Part shown: piece by piece, positions 1 through 14,082 of the stretch
Layout: every line of letters begins with the position of its first letter
Position numbering within the stretch: the stretch's first letter is position 1
From: Octopus sinensis
Lineage: Eukaryota
NCBI RefSeq assembly: GCF_006345805.1
Contig: NC_043008.1
Span: forward strand, 71,796,001 to 71,860,000
Reading direction: 5' to 3'
Length of the DNA stretch: 64,000 nt
The notes under the pieces: generated by a model
Databases searched by the model: none
What the model saw: only the letters and a program-made list of their open reading frames with translations
What the model was told of the DNA's origin: nothing
Program-made: the position numbers and the translations under genes

Positions 1-2045
1 TTTCTTGAGCCTTTCTTACTCCAGCGTGTGAGCGAGTGTTGCAAGTACCTGTCATGGGCACCACTAGTATCTCTTTTGAGAAAAATGTGATTTTGTATCC
101 TGATAACAAGTATGTCCGGATGCTCATTTCTCCACAATGTCTACACACTTCGCCTCCACTCGAAACCCCTCTGTGAATTGTTGTTGTCGTTGGTAGTATG
201 TCATATGCTGCACTTAATAGGAAGAAAATACGGAATGGTTCGTGTCAACAGGTCCGTCCATATGACCTTCCTGTTAGGGAGGTTTTATTCAGGCTAGGCA
301 ACCAGAGACACGTGTCCTACAGTTCTTCGTTTCTCCTTGTTCCGTACTTCTGCCTGGACCATCGCACTCTTCTCCTTGATGTCTGCCTTCTGCAATTTTT
401 GGAAATAGGAAGAACCAAGATCCTGCCGTCCTCTGCGTGTAATTCCAATGATGTCTCGTAGCTTCAGTATAATTTCAGCCAGTAAAAACTTTAATGCTAG
501 TCATCGACATTCGCTCGGAACTTGTTGTAATACATGCATATCTGAGACACTCATCATTGGAGTTCCTGTATATATGTCATTAGAACTCTACATTTCGCGA
601 CTTTCAGTTCCTCCCCTACGAATGACAGGGGAAGTTGTAGACATTCAGATCATATATACAGGCCTATTGAAGTGAAACTTGTCGGGGGGGGGGGGCCTCA
701 TCAGAATGTCATACACTGTCAGTAACCAAATGAGTCATGGAAGAAATCTGTGGAAGTCCAGGAAAATAAAAGATGGGGCTCTACTAGGCCTTTTGTTTTT
801 CTGTAAGCCCTGATTTTTCAGTCCTTCTCAGAATTCTCTTGGTTGCTTCTCAGCACTGATGACATTCCTTCTGTCAGGAAGTCAATTATTAAACCTCTTT
901 CCAAGGCATTTTTAATAGATTTTCCTCTACTGATTGAATAACCTCTCCTTGTACTTTAAGCTGGATTTTTTTTATTCATTTGCCTTTCTTCATCACCATA
1001 CACCTTGATTAAACTTCAGTATACCCCATGTTGACATTTGTTCAACAGAAATCAGTGACCTTCCCGCCTCCACATTGGATGTGGTTGTCACTGTAAGATC
1101 ATTTATGTAACCCCCTATTGGATATTTAAAGCTTCCTGCTTCCGTTGTCGGTTTTTGCGGTTCTTTATCGCAGCTATTATGAGGAGGTTCATTCCAATGA
1201 CGAAAATGATGAGAGAAAATTGTGCAACCATTTATGATTCTTTTCTCCAGGTCCTGACTTCAAGTTGTGAAGCGGGCTGGTTTGAAGTGGAGCTGGATGC
1301 ATCCAAAGTAGCTGGTAGTTATTCCCTGCACGTGCAGAAGGATACCTTAGTAGTCTATGCATATATAAGGGCGTACGAAATTGATCCGTACGTAGTAGAT
1401 AGATTTAACCATACCACTGTCTGATCACCTTTATTTATTATGGCCTGTAAAACATGGAATTCCAGCTTTGTCAATAGAAGTGTTAATGTATTCATTCTCA
1501 GTCCTGTACGAAGTCATCCTTTTGGCCAATGCAGAAAACAAAACTTTCCCCTCAATCCTCAGGGGTAAGATTGTCTTGAATTGGTTTATGATTAAGGAGT
1601 TTTCTTCTTTTGCCACGAATCACCATTCTGTCTATTTTCATCATGGTGGAATGATCCCCTTTCTCAAATATTTTGGAACAGTATTAACAAACTCCGAAGG
1701 GGCCGTGGGCATTTGTTTTATACATTATAAGATATACCAATTGGGTCAGGAACTGATGCTGGTCTTCTTCACAAGTGACCAGCATCTTCTTTGCAAAGTA
1801 ACCAGATGAGAAGCTTGTTTCCCAGTAATAATGCTCCAGTGGCATTTGCTCTCCGAGGTTGTCATTGTGAGTCTCTCTCAGAAACGCGTCTACATCTTCC
1901 CTGGGCCTGGTCAGTTTGCCTGGTTTGGTTTCACCCGACAGCGCTTGGGTAAACCTAAACCAATTCTTTATAAATTGCGCTACATTCGGACAGAATCCAA
2001 ATTCATATTGAGATTCCAAGTGTCTTGTACCTAACTTCATTTCCG
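1..2045 (-). mobile_element. Decayed HERO-like (R2 superfamily, restriction-like endonuclease type) non-LTR retrotransposon, runs off the window start
   Basis: Minus-strand translation across frameshifts gives LRIEGKVLFSALAKRMTSY..ENEYINTSIDKAG, VVWLNLSTTYGSIS (LDxxNAYGS), GCTI..IIFVIGMNLL, YINDLTVTT (YxDD), FTSIGLY, FLLSAAYDILPT and a C-terminal CRHCGE knuckle. Clade name is from remembered motifs. Confidence 0.8.
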
Positions 2046-2448
2046 TTAAGGGTGTACCCTGTTTTTTGACAATTCTGTGTTTTTGTTTCTCTATTTTATT
2101 TACATGAACTCTGATGATTAAAAATACTAGTCACATATATACATATATATATTTATATATTTCTTTTTCTGAAAAAGATACGAACCCCTGCCCCTTCACT
2201 AGATATATTAGCACTCTTTGAACTTGGACAATAGCAAATTTGCATACAGCCTAATTTGGTACCCGTACATGTCGTGTCATTATTTGAATATATTCAGTTG
2301 GTGTTCCATTATCGCAATATACAACGTTGAACGTTGTTGAAACCTGTATTACGTGTAAACAAACCATGAAACCAAATGAAGCGTGGTAGTCACTTCACAA
2401 CACAATACTTTGATATTAACATACGCGTCAAGTGACAAGAAAATACTG

Positions 2449-2510
<62 letters not shown>

Positions 2511-4087
2511 CTCTTCGTGTTTTTTTAATTCTCGTCAATCTTTAGTCATCAATCTTTGTAGTTACTACTACATCCACAAGTAAATCCCTGAATTCTAGGG
2601 GTTTACGTGGACTGAGCCACTTCTTTCGGTATGTGTGTTGTCGACCGATACAAAATTACCGCTAAGTGGGCGAGCGTACACATCTGCATCAGAGATGAAC
2701 GACCAACGAGTTGATGAGGATCGTTACTGGTCTACTTTTTCTGCAGATAAAAAAAAACACACCAATGAATGTATGTATGTACCCGCTGCAAAGCGAAACC
2801 TCAAACACTTGCTACGTTTTTCTCTACTCGTATATATCACACTGGCATAGAATGACCTCTGCTTTACATGAAATTTAATCCTTGGTGATGAGATAAATCC
2901 AGTGAATACAGACGATTGTTATTACTGGAATGGCCAAACGTCAGTAGCGACCTTAGGATTTGCCTTAATTGGCTAAACGCCATAAAATATTCCTCAGTCT
3001 CTCTTAACCAGAATTGATTTTTCTTTCTCAGAAAATCAAATCCCGCAGTTCCTAAAAATAAACGGTAATAAAATGACTCCTATGGCAATCCAGAAGTAGA
3101 CAGGATATATTAGGATGCTGCAAAATCGATAGCTAGACAGACAAACAAACAGACAAGCAGACAGACGTAAATATAAATACACACAGATACGCACCCCGCC
3201 GCATACACACACCCATGCGAATTATTATGCACACGAACACACATACATATTACATGCATGCACTTTAAACACATATTTTGATAATCAAATGATATATTGC
3301 GTGTGTGTGTGCGTGAGTATTGCTTGGGTATTTGTATATATATATATTTGTGTGAGAGTATGTATTTTTATATGTATGTGTGTATACATACTCCCAAACA
3401 CAAACAGATATTCAAATACATTACATATACTGATACTCAAATCATAAGGGGACCCAAAATGATCTATACTTACACAAATACTAACACACTCTGACACACG
3501 TGCTTGCTAACACATCCGCAAATACAGTGCACATATACATATAAATAAAAACGTAACACTATGATACGCAGAAATATAACTGTTGCAGATGGACGTAATA
3601 TACAATTTGATACACTTATTCAAATGCGAACACAAATGTATATTGATATTTCTGCACACATGCACACACGCAACCACCTATACATATCCATACACATTCA
3701 TATAAACATAAGCACTCATATAGTTAAACAGGCATTCTCAGACAATTGCGTACAGACCTAAGTATTGTTAAAGACACACACTCTAATGCATACATACTGT
3801 ATACGCAAAAACATTTTGAAACATAGATACGCTCAGAATTACATATACACATATGCCTAAAAGCGCACATTTCAGACATACATTTATATATACACATCCT
3901 CACATAGTTAAGGATCGCAATAAGATACAAATGTTCTCTTAGTGTGTCTCATTCTATCAATTTCCTGCACTTTACTCTCACTCATTATTTTCTTGTCTCT
4001 AACTTCGTTTTTCTCTAAGTCTACACCTCACTTATAATCCTTGCCCATCACATCCCGCTGTATTTCTTGGTAGTTTCTTCACACACA

Positions 4088-4138
<51 letters not shown>

Positions 4139-4687
4139 GCAGCTCAAACTTTATTTATAAGAAATGGGAACAATATTTTCCAGCCGTTAATAACAAACTT
4201 ATTGATTTTAATCGTCATAGTGGTTAAATTTAGATCATGCTCACATAGATATCGTGGGTATGCTCTTTAGGAATTCGATAAATACACATCTGTACTTTTG
4301 TCTTTATAAGTGAGAATGGCTACTGTTCTATATCATCGTGTTGTTGATTTCAAGAACGGTGTTTTATGGTTCATCAGACGTACTAATTTGATTCACCTGG
4401 TCACTCACTACTCCTACCATTTTTACACCGTTCTTCTTTGACTTCAAGTATCTTATATTTTATCTTTTACTTGCTTTAGTCATTAGAATGCAACCATACT
4501 GGGGCACCGCACTCGAGCGTTTTAGTCGAATGAATCGATCCCAGTAATCTTTTTCAAGTCTTGGAATTATTCTATTGTTCGCATTTGGCAAAACGCTAAG
4601 TGACGTGGACATAAACACACCAACATTGCTTGCCAAGCAATAATGGGCGAAAAACAAAAGCAAATGCAGACATACATAGTAATAATC

Positions 4688-4727
<40 letters not shown>

Positions 4728-4728
<1 letters not shown>

Positions 4729-5235
4729 TGATTGGAAGTGTTATCATGTACATTGTTTTGTCTTGGTATAAAATATGGGCTACAGCAAATATTCTGCTCA
4801 GTACCACAGATTTGCTTGTCAGTTGTTTGACTTTAACCAGTTGAGCATGTCCCTTAGTGACTGACGATATGTGCATCTCTGATCACGAGCAGAAGTAGTG
4901 GGGGAGCATCATAGCCATGTGTTGAGAGGGATTCTTTGGGGTTTGAATAATTCACTTCTGGAAACATGGGTGGTTCTTTCAACATCCTTAAACAACCCTT
5001 ATTCATGGACCTTTTGAGCGGGATGGGCTACTCAACCAGAAGAAAATTCTAACTGGGCCCCACCAGCAAGGTCATGTGCTGTTTATCTTTTTATGAGATC
5101 ACCATGTCGCGCACATATGGTTGTGATGCATGTGCCTGGTGTACTCTTATCAGACGGGTAGTCATGATGGGTATATTGGGCTTCGTATATTTTACCCCAG
5201 TGTCACTTTGATGGCATGAACTGCTCTCTCACTCA
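4728..5235. repeat. Unclassified interspersed repeat between two (AAT)n tracts
   Basis: Non-coding complex sequence bounded by AAT runs at ~4680-4728 and ~5235-5296. It resembles an abundant octopus repeat from memory only; there is no second copy in the window. Confidence 0.35.
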
Positions 5236-5304
5236 ATAATAATAATAATAATAATGATAATAATAATAATGATAATAATAATAATAATAATAATAAGACG
5301 TTGA

Positions 5305-6095
5305 TACATGAAGACAGAAAATGGAGGTGGGGGACTGATAAGTGAGGAAGATTGCGTGTGTATCGAACTCGAGCGCTTCATGAGAGACCTAACCCAAAAT
5401 AAGGACATCTTGCTTGTGACAGTTAGGAATGAGGGAATATTGAAAGCAATTGTCCATATCACGAACGAATGCCCTAGATTCGCCAAAACCACTACAAGTT
5501 GTGACGTCACGACCATGTAGCGAAAATGCTACATCGGAAACTGTGTGGAGAAGTGGGGGCTAGAGAGAGAGGTAAGACGCGGTATGAGCACAAACAGCGG
5601 AGAGCAGCGGAGTCTAAGACAAACAAAATCTTCCGGGATTTCCCAATACGAACCGATCAGGTGCTAGATCATAACCGACCTGACCTTTGGTGGTGGTCAA
5701 GATGCACCACATATGCTATGTAGTTGATTTTGCATGCCCGTTTGACACCCGAATATTCGAGAAGGAAGGCGAAAAGATACATAGATACAATTCTCTTAAG
5801 TACAAAATAGCCCGGCTTTGGAAAATGAAGAAGGTAAAGATAATGCCATTTATTTTTGGGTTCTTGGGAACAGTATCAGAAAGCATCAAGAGTAATATTA
5901 ATTGGAATAAAGTGTCCAGTAGAACTGTTACAAAAGGTTTGCTTCCTTGACACGGCGAGAATAAGCAGGATAGTATTAGATAGCTGAAAAGAACAAATAG
6001 CATGGTACCATAGGCTGCAGGTAGTAAGCCCGCTACTCATGCAAGAGAACTCCAGGAGCTCCAAGAAAACCTGTGATAGAGATAACAACAAAAAC
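5305..6095 (+). mobile_element. R4/Dong-type LINE, 5'-truncated 3' fragment (REL endonuclease region)
   Basis: GGGGLISEEDCV, DFPIRTDQVLDHNRPDLVVV, CYVVDFACPFDTRIFEKEGEKIHRY, KVKIMPFIFGFLGTV. Begins directly after an (AAT)n tract. Confidence 0.85.
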
Positions 6096-6097
6096 AG

Positions 6098-6440
6098 TGG
6101 ATGCGCAATGGCCCAGTGGTTAGGGCAGCGGACTCGCGGTTGTAAGAATGTGGTTTTGATTCCCAGACCGGGCATTGTGTGAGTTTATTGAGCAAAAATA
6201 CCAAAGCTCCACGAGGTTCCGGCGGGGAAGGGGTGATGAACCCCGCTGTACACTTTCACCACAACTTTCTCTCACTCTTTCTTCCTACTTCTACCGCAAA
6301 GCAGAGGAACTATGGTGTAACTCTCTATGGTGTGGTAAACTTTCAGACCCTAGTCTAGATTGCGAATCCTCTATACCCCAGGGTAGTGCAGCTCCCCACC
6401 CGTTAAAAGCCACCGTTTACGGAATGAAGATAACAACATA
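6098..6440 (+). mobile_element. tRNA-derived SINE, family C (copy 1)
   Basis: A-box-like TGGCCCAGTGGTTAGG and B-box-like GGTTTTGATTCCC; body matches the reverse complement of 62330-62617. Confidence 0.8.
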
Positions 6441-6460
6441 GCTTATTTCTCCAGATTTGT

Positions 6461-7600
6461 CACTGTTTTCTTATGCCATGAACCAAATGTTTCATAATAT
6501 ACTGCATAATATTGTGTATTGAACACATTGCAAATACTGAAAGTTACAAAAAACAAAACAAAAATTTATTTGGTATAACAAAACATATTGGCTATGAATT
6601 AAAAACACACCTGTCAGTTTAAACAACTTTTGTCCTTCTAATCCTCTTGTGCGGAGTGTGATCTTTTTTTTTTATATCCCACACATGTAAGTCAACACAC
6701 ATGAAAAGCCTATGACTTATCCTGGTCGCCTAAGTAACAATCGAAGTACGCCTTGTATATTTTCTTGATATGGCGTGTAAAGCTGCACTTTTCTTTAGCA
6801 AAGGTTTATTCCCCACAGATATAACATAATCTGTTTGGATCATTTTTGCACTGTCTTGCACTCATTGTTGAAAACAAGTAAGATCTGAAAGATAAAAAAT
6901 AACATTAAACAAGCTTTGAAGTATAAACACACAATAAAAAACCAGAAAATATCATTTTAAGGGGAACATCTCAAAATGGAACATCTCCATTTTACATGTA
7001 AATTAGGGATTTTTCAAACTCAAAACAAATGACAAATCAGTGAGACAATGTGAGTCATATACACAAACAAACATCTCGGATAACACTCGTAAAATATATT
7101 TGGCTTTCTTGTTGCTATTCCAATATTACCTTCTTAGAGTGACAGAGTTTTTGTCTCTGACACTTCTTGTGAGCTGACAAAACCAATAACAAAATAAAAC
7201 AAGAAATAAATATAAGCTGATGACATCTTGCAATCGTCAAATTCACGAACAACAAAATCAGCTGTTAAGCCCAAGGCTGGGTGGATGCCATCAGCTGATT
7301 TGTCTTAAGCTTTCTATTTCAATATTACATTATTGGACTTTCATAACAAAACCAATGTCAAATATGAAACCAGAAATAACTATATACCGACGATATGATA
7401 AACTCACTGACGAACAAATAAAGTTCTCAGCATGACACATCGATATAAAACGACAACCTTTCGCAAAATTCTTGGAACACCAGGATAGGTGTCTTCATTT
7501 ACATATGTTTTAGCGAAATATTATATACTTCCACCACTTGGATCATGTCTCTGACACTTCATGCATACTGTCTTATTATTTTTATATATTAAAAAAAGCA
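6461..7600 (-). mobile_element. DNA transposon relic, Chapaev3-like (CMC) transposase N-terminus, internally deleted
   Basis: 6865 to ~6680 translates MSARQCKNDPNRLCYICGE*TFAKEK...KKIYKAYFDCYLGDQDKS*AFHVC, matching the CYICG...YF..LGDQDKSWAPH..C transposase motif with two stops. One end reads CACTG at 6461. The family name and the upper boundary are uncertain. Confidence 0.6.
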
Positions 7601-8159
7601 TTATATTCTAGAAAATACAAGAAAATATCGGGATCCAACCTTCCGTCCGTGACGATCACACTTATTTTTGTTTACTGAATATAATCTCTAATTTGTAGAA
7701 AACATGTATTGTTCTACATAGAAAAGGGAATACTTGAAGTCTCTTAACCGTAACTCTGCTATTTATCATATCACATTATAGGTGTTACTAAGATTGGTCT
7801 CTAACGCTGGGTTGAAACACATTTTACAATGCGATAGAGAATTTTATTTAATAACAATGACAAAAAGGGTATACAGTAATAAGTTTGTAGAAACCATGCC
7901 TAATTCAACAAAAGCAAGGCCAGAAACGGATTTCCCATGTTATTTTGCATATAAAAATGGCAACAGATCTCTTGTACTTTTTTGAGTGTTGCACAGTCTT
8001 AGGGAATAAAGCATCACTACAATTTTCTATCACTATTATTTATAATAGTATTAGAAAATTGTAGTGATCTTTCGACTCTTCAACACACTAGTCTACAAAT
8101 ACCCATTTAGCCCCAAACAATTATATATATATATATAAAATGTGAGTGTGTGTGTATCG

Positions 8160-8330
8160 TTGGTGAGTTTTTTCCTCCGTCTTCCCTTCTTTGGATCTTT
8201 CCTTTTCCTATGTTTCTGACGAAGAACACTGCTCGAATCGTTAAATTCTCCTTTTTTATTTCCTTTCCTGAACGTCCAATAACACTATATTTGTTCCACG
8301 TCCTCGCGTTGTGCTTTCTCTTTTAACTAT
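8160..8330 (+). mobile_element. Penelope-type terminal repeat remnant (family P1) with degenerate hammerhead
   Basis: Shares GTTCCACGTCCTCGCGTTG and flanks with 30805-30990 (-) and 47990-48060 (+); 50650-50850 (-) shares the adjacent TTCCTGAGCG segment. Bounded by (TA)n. Confidence 0.65.
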
Positions 8331-9003
8331 ATATATATATATATAGTAGGACACACATGCCCAAGTGCCACGTGTTAGGATGAACCCGGAACCATGTAAT
8401 GGGAAAGCGAACTTCTTAACACACATCCACGCATGCGCCTACACTTTTGCAATAAAGGAATGTCTGCTCCTCTCACAGTGACTATCAATCTCAGTTTGTA
8501 AGCAGAATCCTCATCACTAGTTCCACTGTTCTATAGATCACATCCTCTCTAGTACTTCTTTTTGAACGTATAACTGCTCATATTTGTGTATCTAGAGCTG
8601 CTTCTTTTCTATATGTGGTATGTCTCCATGTTTACTTCTTTTATTCCGTTAACATTCATGTGATTGTATGTTCGATCTTCTTCAGTATGCTGGAGCTTAC
8701 ATTATGGATTTGTTTACATTTTACGATGTATTGAATCTTCCACCTTCACCAGACTACAGTTGGAAAGAAAAGTCCTTACGTATCGTAGTATATTTCTTGA
8801 CTCACATTGTATTACGTTCTGTACTACCTGATACTTCTTCCTCTGAAACTGGTGAAGAAAACAACACCTTCATATATTTTTACTCTTTACTGGAATACAA
8901 AAGATGGAAATGTCAGAATTCTAAACATTGAAACAATTAATCTCCTCTGATTCTTTCTCATTCTAGAATCACTCTTTTGAACTCAAAAGAGAGACGAAGT
9001 ACA

Positions 9004-9320
9004 TATTTCTTTACTACCCACAAGGGGCTAAACACAGAGGGGACAAACAAGGACAGACAAACGGATTAAATCGATTATATCGACCCCAGTGCGTAACTGG
9101 TATTTAATTTATCGATCCATAAAGGATGAAAGGCAAAGTCGACCTCGGCGGAATTTGAACTCAGAACGTAACAGCAGACGAAATACGGCTACGCATTTCG
9201 CCCGGCGTGCTAACGTTTCTGCTAGCTTACCGCCTTATGTAAAGACAAACGAAATACCGCTAGGCATTTCACCTGGGCGCGGCCGGACGTGCTAACGTGT
9301 CTGCCAGCTCGCCGCCTTAG
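9004..9320 (-). mobile_element. SINE family A (full copy 9004-9237 plus partial second head)
   Basis: Head TAAGGCGG...TTCTGAGTTCAAATTCCGCCGAGGTCGACTTTGCCTTTCATCC, repeated many times in the window. Confidence 0.85.
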
Positions 9321-9495
9321 GAAATGGCTAAAAGTGAGACTCTTATTAGAGAAGATCGTCACTCCCATATATTCTCAGCTGCCATAATTAAAAATTAACA
9401 ATAATTCGATACATATATTTTTCAGCCGATGTAATTTTTATGTCTAGTTGTAACAAATTCAGTTGTCATACTAGGTATGAGAAAAAAGTATGCAT

Positions 9496-9659
9496 ATAGG
9501 CGCAAACGTGGCTGTGTGGTAAGTAGCTTGCTTACCTATCACATGGTTCCGCGTTCAGTTCCACTGCGTGACACCTTGGGCAAGTGTCTTCGACTGTAGC
9601 CTCGGGCCGACCAAAGCCTTGTGAGTGAATTTGCTAGACGCAAACTGAAAGAAGCCCGT

Positions 9660-9699
<40 letters not shown>

Positions 9700-9935
9700 T
9701 GTCTGTGTGTGTCTGTGTATGTGTGTGTATGTTTCTGTGTCTGTGTTTGTCCCCGCCCCATCGCTTGACAACCGATGCTGGTGTGTTTACGTCCCCGTAA
9801 CTTATCGGTTCGGCGAAGAGATTATAGATTAAGTACTAGGCTTACAAAGAGTATGTTCTAGAATTGATTTGTTCGACTAAAGGCGGTGCTCCAACATGAC
9901 CACAGTCAAATGACTGAAACAAATAAAAGAATAAA
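9496..9935 (+). mobile_element. SINE family B with internal (TA)n(TG)n tract
   Basis: tRNA-like head, internal microsatellite and tail ending GACTGAAAC..TAAAAG; matches 47303-47722 and 36868-37265. Confidence 0.85.
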
Positions 9936-10164
9936 AAAAAAGAATACTATGAATGGCCATAAATATAGACTAAAGTGTTCGCGTGCATACACAGACAATG
10001 TGAGAGTCCAGGTGAATTGATGAGTCGTATATGTATTCAAAGGGCCGACCTTGTCACCTTCTTTGTCACGCTAAATCTCCCTGAGAATAAGTTAACGTTA
10101 TGCCTGTATATATACATATAAATGTGCCTGTATAATATCTAAACATACGTATACATATATACAT

Positions 10165-10200
<36 letters not shown>

Positions 10201-11597
10201 GTATGTATATATGTATATATATATATAGATATGTACATATATATATATACACATATATTTTGTCACGGTTAAATAAAATGACAACAAGCTCAAAATATGA
10301 CACATGACTCACCCACATACGCACACACACACACAACACACACACACACAAAAATCAAGAAAAATGGGTAGTAAATAAACAAACGAAAATATACCGAACG
10401 CAGCACAAGGGAACAGAAAACAGAAGGTCACCAAATCCTCATCCATTATTGGTCAGAGGGTTAAACACATTTTCAGCTATTGACTATAATATCGCTTCCG
10501 CTCTGGAGGCACCGGCACGAAAATTGCGACAAATAGGACCTAAGCACAACAAAACTAGACGCACGCTTGACGGGGTGGGGCAAAACAATAAACAGAATAA
10601 AGGTTTAGGGCCACACGAATACAACAATTAATAATGGTAATAAATAATAAGTATGCAACAAATATTTATTAGCCTTGGGACTGCAAGACAAGTGGGTAAC
10701 GCGAAGGAGAAATGGAAAATATCCTAAAGGACAATAGACACGGGAGGGGTGGGACGAAGGTCTTAGAAAATTGTGACCAGTGCGGTCGAAGGCAACGTTG
10801 AAAAGAATGACACCCCCTTAGGTTGTCACGGGTCACGTGATGGTAGGAGGAGGATAACAAAGAAAGACTGAGAGAAAGAGGAAAAGAGAGAGAGAGAGAG
10901 AGAGAGGGAGAAAGGAAATTAAGAGAAGCAGAGTAAAGGAACGAGAAAGAGTGGCACAAAAATATTCCAAGAATATTTCTAAAAAAGGGTAAAAAATTAA
11001 TGAGTGCTTGCGTTACATAAATAATATTTTCAGGATTAAATAAAAAGAAAATGTATATGTATATATACAAACAAAGATATATGTAGATGAATCAGTGATC
11101 GTTAAAAATCAAATATCCCTGAGATATTTTCGTGAAAGCATGGGGTTGTTTTAATAGTATATCTCTATGCAGACATCTTCAGATAAATAGGTTTCAGCAT
11201 CATTAACACTTAAGTTTTATAAAAGGAAATATTAGAAGAGGAAAAATATTATTCATTGATTTTCTCCACTTTTTACCGCGTTTTAATCTCTTTCAAAACA
11301 GAAGTGTTGGTAACGTAAGTGCCCCTATTGTTTTGTTTTTTTAATTTTTCATTGTTTTTATCTTTTTCAGCCTCATTAGGGAACGTGCAGTGTCGCTGCA
11401 AACGGCGAAAATGATGAGTAAAGATGGTTAATACGCAGGGAGAAAATCGAAAAAGGCGTCGCCCAGGCAGAATCGCTTAGTGACGTTTCATCCATCTCCA
11501 CGCTTTGAGTTCAAATTTCGTTAATGGATATCGTCTTTTGAATAGTACGTATTTTAGTTCCTGGAGTCTCTTATTGCGAGGTTGTGCAGGTTCTACT

Positions 11598-12012
11598 TAT
11601 TTATTTATTGCTCACAAGGGGCTAAACACAGACAGGACAAACAACGACAGACAAAGGGATTAAGTCGATTACATCGACCCCAGTGCGCAAATGGTACTTA
11701 ATTTATCGACCCCGGAAGGATGAAAGGCAAAATCGATCTCGGCGGAATTTGAACTCAGAACGTAGCGGCAGACGAAATACATATTTCTTTACTACCCACA
11801 AGGGGCTAAACACAGAAGGGTCAGACAAGGACAGACAAACGGATTAAGTCGATTATATCGACACCGGTGCGTAACTGGTACTTATTTAATCGACCCCGAA
11901 AGGATGAAAGGCAAACTCGACCTCGGTGGAATTTGAACTCACGACGTAACGGCAGACGAAATACGGCTAAGCATTTCGTCCGGCATGCTAACATTTCTGC
12001 CAGCTCGTCGAC
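11598..12012 (-). mobile_element. Two tandem SINE A copies (11598-11775, 11783-12012)
   Basis: Direct duplication of the SINE A body and tail. Confidence 0.8.
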
Positions 12013-12593
12013 TTTTCTGTGCAGGTTCTTCTTACTAGAATAAATGAAATCTTCGTGTTTGGGATTAGGTACTGTTTAGGATCTGTTTGTAGTGAATGTT
12101 TGTCTCACTGTTTTTTTATCGCTTTTGATGATTAGTATATCGAGGAATGGTAGTTGAGTCTTACTGCATTCCATGTTCACTCAACCTTGTCAGCCTTCAT
12201 TTTAGGCGTAAAATATACTGTCACGTGACACTAACGCACGGATTTAACGGGAAGTGTGCAAAAAGTTCTACACTTAATCACCTGTTTATCCTTTACAAAC
12301 GCTTGATAGAAAATATTCAGAGCATTGTCTGTTTGGTACGGTCACTAGACATGTTCGGTCAACCGTGTTAGCCTTAAATTACGACGTCAAATATTGTCAC
12401 TTGAAACTAACAAACGGTCGTAGCGAGGAACCTTCAAAAATTTCTAAGACCAGTCATGTGACTGTCCTCTAGCAATCAAATCATATTCAAAACATTAATT
12501 TCAGCCATGAACTCCCTATAAAAATAGGGCAAGTTTCGAACACTAGTCAGAGGCAAGACAGTTGCGACATAAGCCGCGCCTTTCTATTTCAAC

Positions 12594-12630
12594 TTTTTGA
12601 AAATCAGTGTAGTCTGTGAAACCAGTCAAA
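12594..12630 (+). ncRNA. Degenerate U3-A8 minimal hammerhead motif
   Basis: ttt-TTGAAAA-TCAG-tgtagt-CTGT-GAA-ACCAGT-C-aaa; mismatches in stems II and III. Confidence 0.4.
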
Positions 12631-12806
12631 TCTTTAAGTATAAGAATAAAAATGTTTTAACTATTTTCAGTGTATTTTCAACTTCTATTTTCCCTATATT
12701 TTTAACGGTGTGGAATATAACTTTGTTTTCTTTACACACACACACACACACACACAAACACAAACACACACACACACACACACCACACACACACACACAC
12801 ACACAT

Positions 12807-12880
<74 letters not shown>

Positions 12881-13054
12881 TAAGAAAGTTTGTTTGGTAA
12901 AGCACGTGGGTGAATATATAAGAAAATAGTAAAGTGTGAAAAAACGACAGAAGGCTTAAATGTTAAAAAATATATATATTTGTGTCAAAATGTCTGGAGA
13001 ATATTGGAAAAACTTTTTTCCTTTCCTTAAAATGACATAATTTTAAAATTTTTA

Positions 13055-13094
13055 AAGAAATTACCGGTTTCGCGTGTAGCTTTTCAAATTTCTT
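13055..13094 (-). ncRNA. Mirror copy of the 14219-14258 hammerhead
   Basis: Exact reverse complement in the left arm. Confidence 0.75.
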
Positions 13095-13701
13095 GTGACG
13101 TTATGTTTATATTGCATGGAATTATCGTTGTTTTTATTCCAGGAGATTTCTAAATAAGGGGAGGTAGTGAGTGATTTTTTCCGGTGTAGGGGAGATAATC
13201 GCTTAAAAAATTTTTTTTCCATTTCCTTGTTAATTTCTCTGTGTCAGTATGTTCGGATGGTTGAGTCTGGGTTTGTACTTTTCAATGAAGAATGTTTCCT
13301 TGTTCAGTCTCATTTGTGTGATGATCCGAAAGCACATTGGTAAAATGGGAAGATTAAAAATTGTGGCAGTAGTTGCTTTGCGCATTTCTCAATGTGCTCA
13401 CTAAAAGGTATCATTCTATATTCTGGGAATGCAATCTGTTGTCGATGCAGTGTGCATCTGCGCCTGAGTGATAGTCCCGTGGAACCCACGTAGTCTTGGT
13501 GGCAGCCCGAGCATTTAATAACATAAATTATGTTTCAGAGGCACAAGTAAAGTTAGATTTGATCTTAAATTTCTGTCCCTCTTTAAAGAGGAATTCTGAT
13601 CCTTCCAATAGGTTAGGACATGTTGCACAGTTCGATCTACCACATTTTTTTACTTTTGCATCCGTAATTTTAGAAGACAATTTTGCCTTTGTGAGAATCT
13701 A

Positions 13702-14082
13702 TTGGAAGGATCAGAATTCCTCTTTAAAGAGGGACAGAAATTTAAGATCAAATCTAACTTTACTTGTGCCTCTGAAAACATAATTTATGTTATTAAATGC
13801 TCGGGCTGCCACCAAGACTACGTGGGTTCCACGGGACTATCACTCAGGCGCAGATGCACACTGCATCGACAACAGATTGCATTCCCAGAATATAGAATGA
13901 TACCTTTTAGTGAGCACATTGAGAAATGCGCAAAGCAACTACTGCCACAATTTTTAATCTTCCCATTTTACCAATGTGCTTTCGGATCATCAACACAAAT
14001 GAGACTGAACAAGGAAACATTCTTCATTGAAAAGTACAAACCCAGACTCAACCATCCGAACATACTGACACAGAGAAATTAA
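13702..14082 (+). CDS. GIY-YIG endonuclease domain of a Penelope-like element (5'-truncated ORF)
   Basis: FTCASENIIYVIKCSGCHQDYVGSTGLSLRRRCTLHRQQI...NKETFFIEKYKPRLN. The minus-strand mirror extends through the spacer as KKCGRSNCATCPNLLEG. Confidence 0.88.
   Translation: MEGSEFLFKEGQKFKIKSNFTCASENIIYVIKCSGCHQDYVGSTGLSLRRRCTLHRQQIAFPEYRMIPFSEHIEKCAKQLLPQFLIFPFYQCAFGSSTQMRLNKETFFIEKYKPRLNHPNILTQRN

Noticed and set aside
2880-2990. Possible RTE endonuclease relic (YYWNG..LGFALI)
   Set aside because: Too short and isolated to support a call.
6098-6170. tRNA genes at SINE heads
   Set aside because: A/B boxes run into SINE bodies; no complete cloverleaf.
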